Positions 10,500 to 22,016 of a DNA stretch of 57,179 bases are shown here, piece by piece. Position 1 is the stretch's first letter. Each line of letters opens with the position of its first letter. This stretch comes from Prorocentrum cordatum (lineage: Eukaryota), in contig CAUYUJ010000042.1 of NCBI GenBank assembly GCA_963575745.1, positions 62,001-119,179 of the forward strand, read 5' to 3'. The translations under genes were made by a program, and so were the position numbers. The notes beneath the pieces were generated by a model. The model saw only the letters and a program-made list of their open reading frames with translations, did not search any database and had not been told where the DNA came from.

Positions 10500-12725
10500 C
10501 ACGACTTTGCTACAGCTGTCATAGCACAGCTTGGGTCACCAAAAGTGGGGACCTCTATGTGCGCGTCGTCTTTTCCCGTTACTTGCCCTGGGCCTATCCC
10601 GCTACTGTGCTATATCATGGCATAGCATAGCATGGGCTCCAAAAAGTAGAGACCCCTATGTTCTTTTTTTCATTGTTACTTACCGTGGGCCTATCCCGCC
10701 ACTGTGTTAGAGCATGACATATCTATTCCTGGGTCCGCAAACAGTTGGGACCCCCATGTGCGCGTTCAGCATGGGTCCCAAAAAAGTGGGGACCCCTATG
10801 TGCGCGGCAAGTTTTCCTGTTACTTGCCCTGGGCCTATCCCGCCACTATGCTATACCATGGCATATCTATTCCTGGGTCCGCAAACAGTCGGGGCCCCTA
10901 TGTGCGCGTTCACCATGGGTCCCCAAAAAGTGGGGACCCCTATGTGCGAGGCGAGTTTTCCTGTTACTTGCCCTGGACCTATCCCGCCACTGTGCTATAG
11001 CATGGCATATCATAGCATGGGTTCCAAAAAGACCCAATCTTTTTGTTTCACTGTTTTTTTTCCCTGGGCCTATCCCGCCACTGTGTTATAGCATGGCATA
11101 TCTATTCATGGGTCCCCAAAAAGTCGAGACCCCGATGCGCGCGTTCATTTACTGCTACTTGGCCCTAGGCCTATCCCGCCACTGCGCCATAGCATGGCAT
11201 AGCACAGCACGGGTCCCCAAAAAGTGGGGACCCCGGTGCCATAACATGACATACCACAGCATGGGTCTTGTGAGTGCTGTTCTGTGCACACGTTCTGGCA
11301 CAGAACGAATCTATGATGTTCGGCCTCATGCTTGGTTCAGAAGCTACCGTTTGCTCTTAACGGATCCTCGTCCTCTTCAGTTGATTCAATCTATACGCAT
11401 CAATTTCGTGTGGCACTCTCGCACCTTCTATTGTTATCTGCTCTGTGTCTAGTATGCTCTTCTAAGCACATGTTATGGCAGAGAGACGGTCAAACCTATG
11501 ATGTTCGGCTTCATTATGGGTTCAGCCGGAGCTATCGTGTGCTGATACCCGATCCTCGTTTTCTGCAGTTAGTTCCATAGAGCATCCTTTGCATATTAGA
11601 TGTGGCACTCTCGCCCTATTGTTGTCTGCTCTGTGTCTATTATTCATTTGTGCTCTCCGCGAATGCAGACGTGTGCCTCACTGGATTTCTCTGCTATGAT
11701 CCCGTCTTTGACCTCAACACCGGTTGCACTTTCGCTGGCGTTCGTATGATCTCTTTTCATCCTGATGCTCCCGTGCGGCATCCCCGCGCCGAAAGGCGGT
11801 TTGTCCGGGATCCTTGCATATGATTGATCCACACTCCGGCTGTATATGGTTCTGGTGTGGGAGGCGGGGTTCTGTGCTATAGCATGGCAAAACACAACAT
11901 GGGCAAAAAAGGGAGAACCCCTATGAGCGCGACCCCTTTACTTCCTCTTGCCCTATGCCTATCCCGCCACTGTGCTACAGCATGCCATGTCACCGCATGG
12001 GTGCCCAAAAAGTGAGACCCTCATGTGCGCGTTTCCTTGTAGTCCTATTTCCTTAGGCCTATCCCGCCACGGTGTCATGACATGGCATAGCACAGCATGG
12101 ATCCGACATTGCGGGGACATCTACGTGCGCGTCGCTTCCTGCCAAATTGCCCTTGGCTTGTCCCGCAACTGTGCTACAATATATCATGACCCCCATGTGC
12201 GCGTTGCCTTTTACTACTTGCGCTCTGCCTATCCCGCCACTGTGCCATACCATGAAATAGCCCATCATGGGTCCCCAAATAATAGGGACACCTATGTGCG
12301 TGCGGCCCTTTTTACCGTTACTTGCCAGATGCCTTTTCCCGCTACTGTGCTACACATTGCTATAGCACAGCACGCATTTCCAAAACGTAAGGGGCACCCG
12401 TGTGCGCGTTGTGTTTTTTTCTGTTACTTGCCCGAATATCACGCCACTGCGGCATAACATGACATAGCACCGCATGGGTCCCCAAAAAGTGGGGACCCAT
12501 AGGTGTTGTCTTCTACTACTATTTGCAATAGGCCCGTCCCGCTACTGTGCTATAGCCTAAGAATTCCCCACTACGTGCGGGTCGTCTTTTCCAACATGTA
12601 CCCGCGGCCTATCCCGCCACCGTGCCATAACATGACATAGCAAAGCACGGGTCCCCACAGAGTGGGGGCACCTATATGTGCGTTGCCTTTGCCCTATGCC
12701 GTTCCCGCCAACGTGCTATAGCGTG
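10500..12725. repeat. Satellite with ~90-120 bp units, subtelomere-like
   Basis: Recurrent catgggtccccaaaaagtggggacccctatgtgcgcg...gggcctatcccgccactgtgctatagcatgg; interrupted at ~11270-11870 by a segment that includes a ~180 bp duplication. Confidence 0.85.
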
Positions 12726-13135
12726 GACTGGGTTTACATAGCCAGGTCGCAACGGGACCGGGCACTTTGTATGTAATACAAAAGATTCTGCACGCATGCT
12801 CAGCAAAAGTTTTTTTTTTCAATAAATGAACGCGGAACGCAACAAGGGCCGGGCATTTTGTAATGTACAAAAGATTCTGCACGCATGCGCAGCAAATGTT
12901 ATTTTTTCTGCAGTAGATGGACCGGGTTTACATAAGCGGATCGCAGCGGGGACCGGGCACTTCGTAGTGTAAAATACAAGAGATTCTGCGCGCACGCTCA
13001 GGAAATATTGTTTTTTGCACTGGATGGGGCCGGATCGCAACGGGGTCCAGGCACTTTGTAGTGTAAAATGAAGGAGATTCTGCACGCATGCTCAGGAAAT
13101 GCGTTTTTTACAGGAGATGGAGCCGGGTTGCATGG
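12726..13135. repeat. Second short satellite
   Basis: Four recurrences of gggcactttgt...agattctgc(a)cgcatgctcag. Confidence 0.75.
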
Positions 13136-13140
13136 TGATC

Positions 13141-13202
13141 GGTTTTAGGTTATTCAGGGCTTAGTAATTATAGGATTAGAAATTTAGGGTCTAGGGTTTA
13201 GG
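13141..13202 (+). repeat. Degenerate telomeric repeats
   Basis: ttttaggtt...tttagggtctagggtttagg. Confidence 0.65.
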
Positions 13203-13506
13203 TGGTGGTGTTGGAAAACAGGCCCATCATGCCAGGGGGCTGGGACACGAGGGGGGGGCACGAAGGCTGCTGCGTGCGGCTGGTTTCGGCCCCGCCGCCT
13301 GGCGTTTTTTTTGTTCGATGCGCGGGCGACCCTCCCGGCGCCCAGAGGCGCCGGGAACAAACGGCCTACGTCAGCTGACTCACTACACCCTCCACCTTTG
13401 CCCCCCCCCCCCCACCCACCCACCTCCCTGGGAGGAGCCCCACCCCCACCTTTGCACCCCCCCACCCCCGCCGTTGCCCCCTCTCCTTCTTCCCCACACC
13501 CGGCAG

Positions 13507-13710
13507 GAGTTGGAGCTCGACTTCTCCGGCTGCGGCGGCATCTCCGGCCGCGTCGCCGCCGCCCTGGCGGGCGCCCTGCCGCGCTCGGCGCGCAGGGTGG
13601 TGCTCAACCTGCGGGGCTGCGCGGGGGTGCGCGGCGAGGACTTCGAGGCGTTGGCCTGCGCGTTCGAGGACGTGGTCGAGGGGCGCGAGACGTTCCTTGG
13701 GGTCGGCAGG
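13507..13710 (+). CDS. Leucine-rich repeat protein, downstream exon (3' boundary uncertain)
   Basis: cggcag|GAG acceptor; ELELDFSGCGGISGRVAAALAGALPRSARRVVLNLRGCAGV. Joins 7687 in frame to give LPGGLE|ELELDFSGC. Confidence 0.65.
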
Positions 13711-14711
13711 CGTGCGGCGCTCGGAAAGGGTGCTCGCTCCGAGGCGGGAACTGATACATCACCATCGCCTGGGGGATGGATCTTCCTGGACCCCGGCAGG
13801 CGGTTCATATGGAGTGGATATTTGGTGGTCCCCAAACGTTGTGGTGAGAACACCCAGTGGTGAGTTTTGGGCGATTTGGGTAATGGTTTTCGAGCGCTGG
13901 CTGGCCCAGGAAACGCAAACCTCGTGGCGACCGCGTGTGCCCAAACCCGGTGGTGACCCAGAATTATTTTTGGGGGGAATCGGGGTCACCACCGGGTGTC
14001 TCACCACCTGGTTTGGAGACCACCAAGATATGGATATGTCGGGGCTCAAGAGACGGGGGATGAATGAAAACGGGGTCAGTCAGAGCCGGACCTTGCGGGA
14101 TCCTGCAGAGCCAGGGTTGCATGGACCCGGGCTTGGGTGCAGGATCTTGCAGGATCTTGCAGGATCTTGCAAAGCCTGACTGACCTGGGTCTGCACTGAC
14201 CCGGGTCAGTAGATCCCCGAATATGGATATGGATGGGGATAGGGATATGAATATGGATCTGTCATCGATATGTGTATCTATGTATGTATGTATGTATGTT
14301 TATATATAATATATACGTATGTATTCGGCTTCCCTGGGGCCAATATCTGTCCGTATCCACCGCCCCAGAACGTCGGTCCCCCAGGCGTTGGATATGGATA
14401 GATGCCCGCCTTGCCATCAATCTCTCTTTTTTCCGTCTTCAGCGCGTGGCCTCTACGAGCGTTTGGGTTGAGGCTTGTCGGGGGTGGGAGGAGGCCGACC
14501 CTTGAGGAAGGGGAAGAAAGGAGGGGTGGGCTTTTGCATGCCGTTCTCCACCGCAAACGACGCCTTTACCATCCTAATTCGAGGCGGCCCGCAGAAGGGC
14601 CAGGCCCCTCCGCCTAACGGCGCACTAGCTGAACATCAGGCTGCAGGTTGTTGGGCCTTTACGGAAGTGGGACTGGACGCTCTGTGACGTCCGGGTGCAT
14701 TGTACAAGCGT

Positions 14712-14870
14712 TAAGTCGGGCCAATCCCTCTACAGGAGGAATATTCAAAAACATTTGAAAAAATAGTCTGGGGACGATGTGTTGATTTTTGTGTTGGCAG
14801 TTTTTGCGTATTTTTGACGATGTTTTATTTTTCGTCCAAAATTCCCTTGTAGGAGGACAGGCCCGACTTA
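14712..14870. mobile_element. MITE family A, copy 2
   Basis: taagtcgggccaatccctctacagg ... cttgtaggaggacaggcccgactta. Confidence 0.7.
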
Positions 14871-16262
14871 CTACAAGCGGTGTTGTACATGAGGCGTCCT
14901 TGTTGCCAAATGGTATTTGCACTTTCGGAGCTCCGCGCGGATTTCTTGGATCGGCGCTGGACCCCCCTTCTTGGCGCGCGCAGCGCGTCAGGGGCGGCGC
15001 CGAAGGCGCCGCCAGTTTGACCCAGCGCCGATCCAAGACATCCTTGCGGACCTTCGACAGTTCATGTTGGTGTCATTATTTGTTCATTGAGTGCAGGCAG
15101 TGGCGTGCAAGGGAGGGTGATCTGTTGAGATTCGGCCATGTGCTCTGGAGTGAGAGGAGGCGTGTAGTCTCCCGTGGTCAGGGCGCTGAGCGCTTGAGTG
15201 GGCGTCCGCGGTAGCCTCGAGATTGCAAACAGTTGTTAGCACCAGTGCAGAGTTCATTTCGACCCCTCCGACTCGATTCGAGCCGATTGAGATCGATTCC
15301 GATTCCGATTCGAGTCGATTTCGGATTCCGATTTGGATTTTGGTTTCTCAGCGGAGGCCTTAACAGCCTGACGGTTTTCTCCGATTCTACATTCGACTTG
15401 TCATGTCTTGGCTGCCGTTATCCGCCGATCCGATTTATTTCGATTGCCGAGCCGACTTATCGATTCGATTCTGGGCTCTCCTGCCAGTGGGCTGGGACGC
15501 AGGGGCTCATGGTCAATAAGGACAGCTGGGGCGGCCCAAAATTTGATGATGGTCGCGCGTGCAATTTTATGATTCGTGTCCGATCATGGGGTCCCCTAAG
15601 TCTGTTGTCAGGCATTATATTCTCGACTAAGGGTGTGGCTATACAGTGACCACCGTCCCAGTCAATCAGCTGCTTGAGCTTCCCGAGCTGCTTCGCATCC
15701 GATCGTCTTCATCAGTCGACTCTCGGCTTCTGTGAATCTTTCTGGTCCCTGTCGTCCACACGCCTCACCAGCCGAGAAGCAGAATTTGCGCAGGCTGAGC
15801 AGGGGCTTGCCACCGACGGCACCTGTTTCCACATGGCCTCATTGTATAACCAGGGTCCGGGCGTTCATTCGCCACCCTGCCAGGCCTAGAATGGCTGACG
15901 CCCTCCCTCCTTCCTCCTCTCCCTCCCTCCTTTCCTCCCCAACCTTCTCCGAAAACTCCCTCCTCTCCTCCTCTCCCTCCCTCCTCTCCCTCCCTCCGTG
16001 CCTCCCCCTTCTCGCCCTCCCTCCTGCTCTCCCTCCCTCCCTCCCTTCTTCTCGCCTCCTTCTCTCCTTCTGCGTGTGATCCAGGGCCTCCGCCAAGACC
16101 CGCCGGGGTTCTTGCGTCATCCCACGGCCTCGCCAGGGCAGGGCAGCAGCCTGGAGGAGCAGGCAGGCGGGCGGGCGTCGCGGCGGGCGGGCTGACGGAC
16201 GGGCGGGGGAGAAAGACGACGGGGGAGGAGAGCGTGCAGGACTGAGAGGAGCAGGCCAGGAC

Positions 16263-16456
16263 TGTGATGCTGGTGCTGTTGATCCTGATGATGATGGCAC
16301 TGATGCTGGTGATGATGGTGGTGACGGCGACGGTGATGGTGACGATGACAGTGATGGCGGTGACGATGATGATGACGACGATGTTGAGGCTGATGATGGT
16401 GAAGATGACGATGACGTTGCTGATGCTGAGGGTGATGATGACGAGAATGAGGATGG

Positions 16457-16509
<53 letters not shown>

Positions 16510-17160
16510 GTGATGCTGCTGATGATGCTGATGCTGATGATGATTATGAGGATGACGAGGACGGCGGATGATGACGATGATGATGGGCATGGCGAGGATG
16601 CTGGTGATGGTGATTGTGGTAGTGATAGTGACATTGATGATGCTGAGGGTGACGAGGATGACGGTGACGATGCTGGTGATGGCCATGATGATGCTGCTGA
16701 TGATGATGATGATGCTGATGATGCGATTGATGATGATAAAGATGCTAATAATAACGGTGATGATGCTGATGATGATGATGGTGATGATGGTGATGATGAT
16801 GAGGTCGATGCAGTCGATACTGGTGACTATGATGATGCTGACGATGAAGATGACGATGCTGGTGTTGGTGATGCTAATGATGCTGATGATGATGCTGCTG
16901 TTGGTGGTGATGATGATGATGTCGATGATGATGCCGATGGTGCTGGTGGAAAGGATGAGGATAATGCTGGTGGTGATGCTGAGAATGCTGATGCTGACGA
17001 TGCTGATGATGATGATGCTGCTGCTGATGATGATGACGATGATAATGATGATGCTGATGATGCTGTTGATGGTGATGATGCTGGTGCTGATGATAATTAT
17101 GTCGGCGACGACGACGAAGCGAGGATGAGGAGGAAGAGGAGGAGGAGGATGAGAATGAGG
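16263..17160. repeat. Degenerate (GAT)n microsatellite
   Basis: Visible directly in the sequence. Confidence 0.9.
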
Positions 17161-17199
17161 ACGAGTGACGAGAGACGAGGGCGAGGAGTAGCGGGATGA

Positions 17200-17667
17200 G
17201 CACCTGTCGCAGTGCACAGGTCTATCCTCACCTATTCGCTCTACCCCGATATCGGCCGCGGGCGAGTGCAACTTGCACCGCGGGTTAACGGAAAGGCAGT
17301 GATTGCCACAGATGGGAGGGATCGGACGGGGATGTGAGAACATCTTAGACATATTGCAGAACAGGAAGTGAGCAGTAGCAGGGACGAGCAGGCTAGAGAC
17401 GGATGAGAGACACACGCCAGAACGACAATCGGGATCATAGTGAACAACTGAAGTAAGAGTCGCCTTCACCTGCTCGAGGAACTTCTGACACTGCCAGTAG
17501 TGTATAGGAGAGTCGTCCGCATCACAACCGACCTCCCGTGCGCCATGCATCCTGAATGAGGTGATCCTGCATCCAGCCAGGGTCTTCCAGTAAAGAGCGG
17601 CAAGAGCCGGGGAGCATTGCTGCATTCTCTCTCCCTGATTTGCTCCCACTGGCAAAGCGGTAAGCAC
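17200..17667 (-). mobile_element. 5'-truncated LINE 3' fragment
   Basis: WKTLAGCRITSFRMHGAREVGCDADDSPIHYWQC resembles the C-terminal CCHC-type zinc finger of non-LTR ORF2; the 3' end runs into a (CCT)/(CAT)n tract. Confidence 0.55.
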
Positions 17668-17699
17668 TCACCAGACTCGGAGAACCAGGATCAGGAGCG

Positions 17700-17845
17700 G
17701 AAAAACACAGACACAACTAATCGTCGACTCCCAGGAAAATATATGAACAAATGGGAAGTGGGGGGGAATACGAAAACCCAGAAAACATGGGAACATCTGG
17801 GGAATCCTGGGAATTGTGTGTATTTGTGTGTCCCTGGGCCCCTTC
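17700..17845 (+). repeat. Dispersed repeat family D, copy 1
   Basis: aaaaacacagac...cgtcgactcccaggaaaata...gggaagtgggggg...gtgtgtccctgggcccctt; recurs at 55935-56092. Confidence 0.7.
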
Positions 17846-17931
17846 ACAGGACCCCACCACACTCCAAGGGCACGACCGAGCTCGTCGGGGACCAGCTCAA
17901 CTTGCAGCACTTTGAAAATTCGGCCTTGGAT

Positions 17932-18094
17932 TCTATCGGGCCGGTCCCTCTACAGAGGCAACATTCAAAAATAGTCAAAACATAGTCTGGGGACGATTTC
18001 GTTCTTTGCATGTTTTGACCATGTGTGGGCACTTTTAGAGCATGTTTAAGTCTTCCTCCAAAATCCGCCTGTAGAGGGGGACATGCCCGACCCA
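17932..18094. mobile_element. MITE family A, copy 3
   Basis: tcgggccggtccctctacag ... cctgtagagggggacatgcccga. Confidence 0.65.
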
Positions 18095-19429
18095 AGCTTT
18101 GGATCTCTGGGCGATTGCCTCTCTCAGCGGCGTCAGGCGGCGGGGCCGAGCTCCCGCAGGCAGCCGCGAGGGCCCGCGACCCAGCTCGAGGGAGAGCTCC
18201 TCCGTGCAAAAGCAGGGACCCGCGACGCCCGGGCGGACGGATAGAGAGAGCTGCCGGTGCGCCGCGGCAGTACCGGGAGATAGCAGGAGCAGATACGCTA
18301 TCAGGAGCAGGAGGTTGCGAGCACGGGGTGCACGACCAGGGCGGACTCGATGGAGCACTGGCGGTTGCTGCGGGGTCAAAGATCTACGACACCACCACCA
18401 CCGCCTCCCTCGCACACTCACGCTCCCAGGAGAGGGGAGAGGGAGGGGAGGGCAGAGGAGGGAGGAGGAGTGGAGGCGGTAGTGGTGGTGCATGTTCTTG
18501 GGACCCGCAGTGGTGCAGTGCGGGCACGCGAGGCCCCGCGCGACGTTGGCCAAATCCCGTGAGAGTTATCGGCCAACTCCACGGCCCGTTGCTGTCGCGC
18601 TGGGGCTCCACGATATAATCCTGCGACGCGAGGGTCACCAGCTGCCCAGCGTGCAGGGAAGTGCACGTACTGATCATCGCGAACAACGCCATCAGTCAAG
18701 AGCCCTCATTCGTGAAAACGGTGGCCATGGCGCGCCGCGCCGATGGCGGCTCTGGCCGACGCGCTCACACCAGGCACGACCTCTGCCAAGCCCAGATGGC
18801 GCGCCAGCTGCGCGGCTGCCTGGCGCACCCAAGCTTGCAACAGCGAGGCGGTCGATGCTTCGTCGCTGCCGTCACTTCCGCGCCCTTGCTCGGCTGCCCC
18901 CCCACCAGATAGCAGCGCCTCGGAGTACTTCGCTCAACCGACCCCCATCCCCTTCGAGACCTCCACCAAAGTACCACCCCAGCAGGGATGCACCCATCGA
19001 AACCCGAGGGGAACGGCCTATATCCCCATCTAGGGGGGTAAATCGGCCAGTGGGGCCCAGGCCACGCCGCCGGGGATGGGGATCGGTGAAACGATGCTCA
19101 TTCGCGAGCGCGCCGTCGAGATCGACTGCGCTTCTGCCTTGGGCACAGGGGCGGCGGGCATCGGAAGGGCCAGTCGCTCTGCTGCGCTCACCGAACCTTT
19201 GGGGCGACGGCCTGGAAGGAGCAGGAGGGTTTCTCCGAAGGGCTTAGGCGACCCGTCCTCTGCCTCCTCCTCCTCCTCCCTCTCCTCCTCCTCCTCCTCC
19301 TCCTCCTCCTCCTCCTCCTCCTCGCCCTCCCATCCTCGGGTCGCCGACAGCCCCGGGGGAAATCGTCCAGAAGGAGCAAGTGCCATGCACAGAGGGAGCA
19401 CTTGCCCTGGACATGTCTCTCGCACGTAG

Positions 19430-20560
19430 CTCGGAGGCTTTCCGAGGTGCTCTTACTGCATGTGCCACAGGACATGCGACATGCGCACAGTAGCGACACA
19501 CCCGAGGCGCTCGGAGGAAAGCTGGGAGAGACGCACAACGTCCCGGGCACGGTTTGCAGATTCGGATGGTTTTCGTGCTCTCCATGCGCGTTTGCTCGTG
19601 CATGGCACGCGAGACACAACCAATGGCCATGCAGCCACCTCCACTGGTGGGGGGGTGAATGTTTGGGGTTACGGCGCGCGCATGGGGTCGACCCACGTGA
19701 TGGGGCGAGGGTTCCACCCAAACTCGAGCCAAGCTCGTCGAGTGCATGACCACAGACCCGTCCAGCACGCGCGCGGTGCTGGCAGAGACATGCGCCGCCG
19801 CAGAGCCGCATCCGGAGACGCAGGCAGATTTGGATGCGGAATTCATCCCCGGTGGCGTTGGCCGCAAATCCAAGCTGACTTTCTGGACCGCCCCCGGACG
19901 ACCAATGCGTTCGCTGCCCGGGCGTCCCTGCATGGCATCGGCCGCTGGAAGCATGGACAGCTTACGGCGGTGCCGCAATGCTGCGCTTGCAGCTACCGCG
20001 TGCTGGAGCGAAAACATGTGGGCACCTGTATGCGCATCAGGCCCCGCCTGTGGCATTCCCCACGCATCGAGGAACACCCTAGTCGCCGCCAGCCGGCCAA
20101 GGCAATCCCTGGCAGCAGCGAGTATGCCAGAGCGCTCGTACCCTACGTCGATGACAGCCGGCGGCAAGGTGGCGGCGAAGGCCGTGGCAAGGTACGAGAC
20201 ATTAAGCTTCTGAACAATGGGCCATGGGTCGAAGCGCCATGCCTCCATGGTTCAGCGGTACAGTCAGGGTGACAGGCGTGCCACTGCGGGTACGTGCAAG
20301 CATGCCAGAAGGATTATGTCCGGACAAGGTCACCGACCGCGTTGTCCAGGCGAGGAAAGCTGACGGTTTCATAACAGAGGCGTCGTCGAGGACAGAGCGC
20401 GGTACAAGACCAAACAAAGTAGTTTCCACAGAGAGCCCAATATGTTGCAAGGGAGTTCTGCATGCGCAACTCGTTTTGACATCGAAGCGAATGCGATCGC
20501 TGTCTCGCACCGCTTGTGCACTGGGCCGAGAGTGGCCCCGTCAAATCAAAAATGCGTGCT
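19430..20560 (-). mobile_element. Degenerate LINE ORF2 C-terminal fragment (tentative)
   Basis: Frame-broken protein-like sequence (AWRFDPWPIVQKL...ACVSGCGS...AIGCVSRAMH) resembling LINE C-termini and ending near a (GAG)n tract on the minus strand. No RT core motif seen. Confidence 0.3.
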
Positions 20561-21834
20561 CCGCTCGCCGTCGGCGTGAGTGCCAAAAATGCGGAGCCGA
20601 AGTCCGAGGTTGCGCTGCAGCCGCCCTGGCAGCAGCCCTCCTGCGTCTCTGGCGTCCTGAGCTGCTCCCCCAGGCGGGGGCAGCACAGCCGCTGGGCTCC
20701 CCCTGGCCACACGTTGTGCTGCAGGGGCGCCGCGCGCGGAGGGCAGGCGCGGGCCTGCGGCCTGCTCGTAGGCGTCTTGGCGGCGGGCAGTTCCGACGAC
20801 GACGACGACGACGACGACCACGACGACGACCACGACCACGACCACGACCGAGATCGAGCCCGAGGTAGATCCAGTGCGGGTGGGCCGCCATGTCCACCTG
20901 GGCCTCTTTGGTGAGGCTGGCAGCGCCGCTCTCTGCGCCAAAGCGCATGCTGGTTGCCGCCGGCGTGCGCGGAAACCCTGTGGAGTTCCGAGCAGCTGAT
21001 GGTGCTTGCGGTGAACATGAACAGGATCTGCGGGATGACGACGGGGCGTGCTTTGCCCCTGCCCTTGTCCGAGGCAGTGAGCTGCATGTGCAGCCATGGT
21101 TGCCTGATGAAGGCTGGCAGCTGCTGGCAGTCCCACGATGCTGTTGATGATAATGACGACTTTGATGAGGATGATTATGTTGATGATGATTGTGGTGATG
21201 TTGGTAATGGTGGCGATGCTGATGCGGATGCCGATGTTGCTGAAGATGGCGATGGTTACATGGTTGCTGCGCGCTCAGGCTTTAACAGCCCCGCCTGGTT
21301 CATCACGTCGCCCTCGAGGTCTGCCCGTCCGCACGGCATTCGGCGGCAGCGCCACGAGGTCGTCGTTGTTGAGCCTCCGCTTGGCCTCCGCGTCCGCCGC
21401 CCTCCTGAAGGCCGCTCTGTCAGCCGGCACCACGCTCTGCGACAACGCTTGTGAGTCCCCGGCGAGCTTCCCCTCGCCACGACGACGACGAGGAACAAGA
21501 GGGGGAGGAGGAGAAGGGGGTGGAGGAGGAGAGGGGGAGGAGGGCGAGGAGGAGTATGATGAGGCTGCGAGTGGAGGGGACTGGCCAGCGAAGGGGAGGC
21601 TCGCGTAGTCAGAAGAGGGGGGGGGGCTGAGCAGGTCGTGAAGCAGGCCCTGTCCCTGGTCCACGCGCTCCTGCACCCCGAGGAGATCTCCGAGGCGTGA
21701 AGGGGGGGGGGGGAGCGGGGCCCCGGCGGGAACCAAAGGGTCCACCCCGCACGCCATGGTCTTCCCGCCTCTCCCGACTCCTCTTTCCCCGCGTGTGGTC
21801 ACAAGTCCGCGGACGACATGCGTGCACCGTGCCG

Positions 21835-21959
21835 AAGTTAAAACACACACACACACAGCGGCAATCCCTCCTGGATTGCCGCTGTGTGTGTTTTAACTTT
21901 ATGTTTGTAGCCATTTGGGCCACAGGGGATCTTCACACGGCGCCGCCCTTCCTTTTCTT

Positions 21960-22011
<52 letters not shown>

Positions 22012-22016
22012 CAACT
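21835..22016 (+). mobile_element. Short SINE-like insertion with a 16-bp target-site duplication
   Basis: tgcgtgcaccgtgccg at 21819-21834 and 22017-22032 flanks a hairpin, an SL-like motif and a (TA)n/A tail. Confidence 0.65.

Noticed and set aside
10500..12725. Hairpin-bearing repeats resembling a CRISPR array
   Set aside because: The intervening sequences are also repeated, there are no unique spacers and no cas genes.
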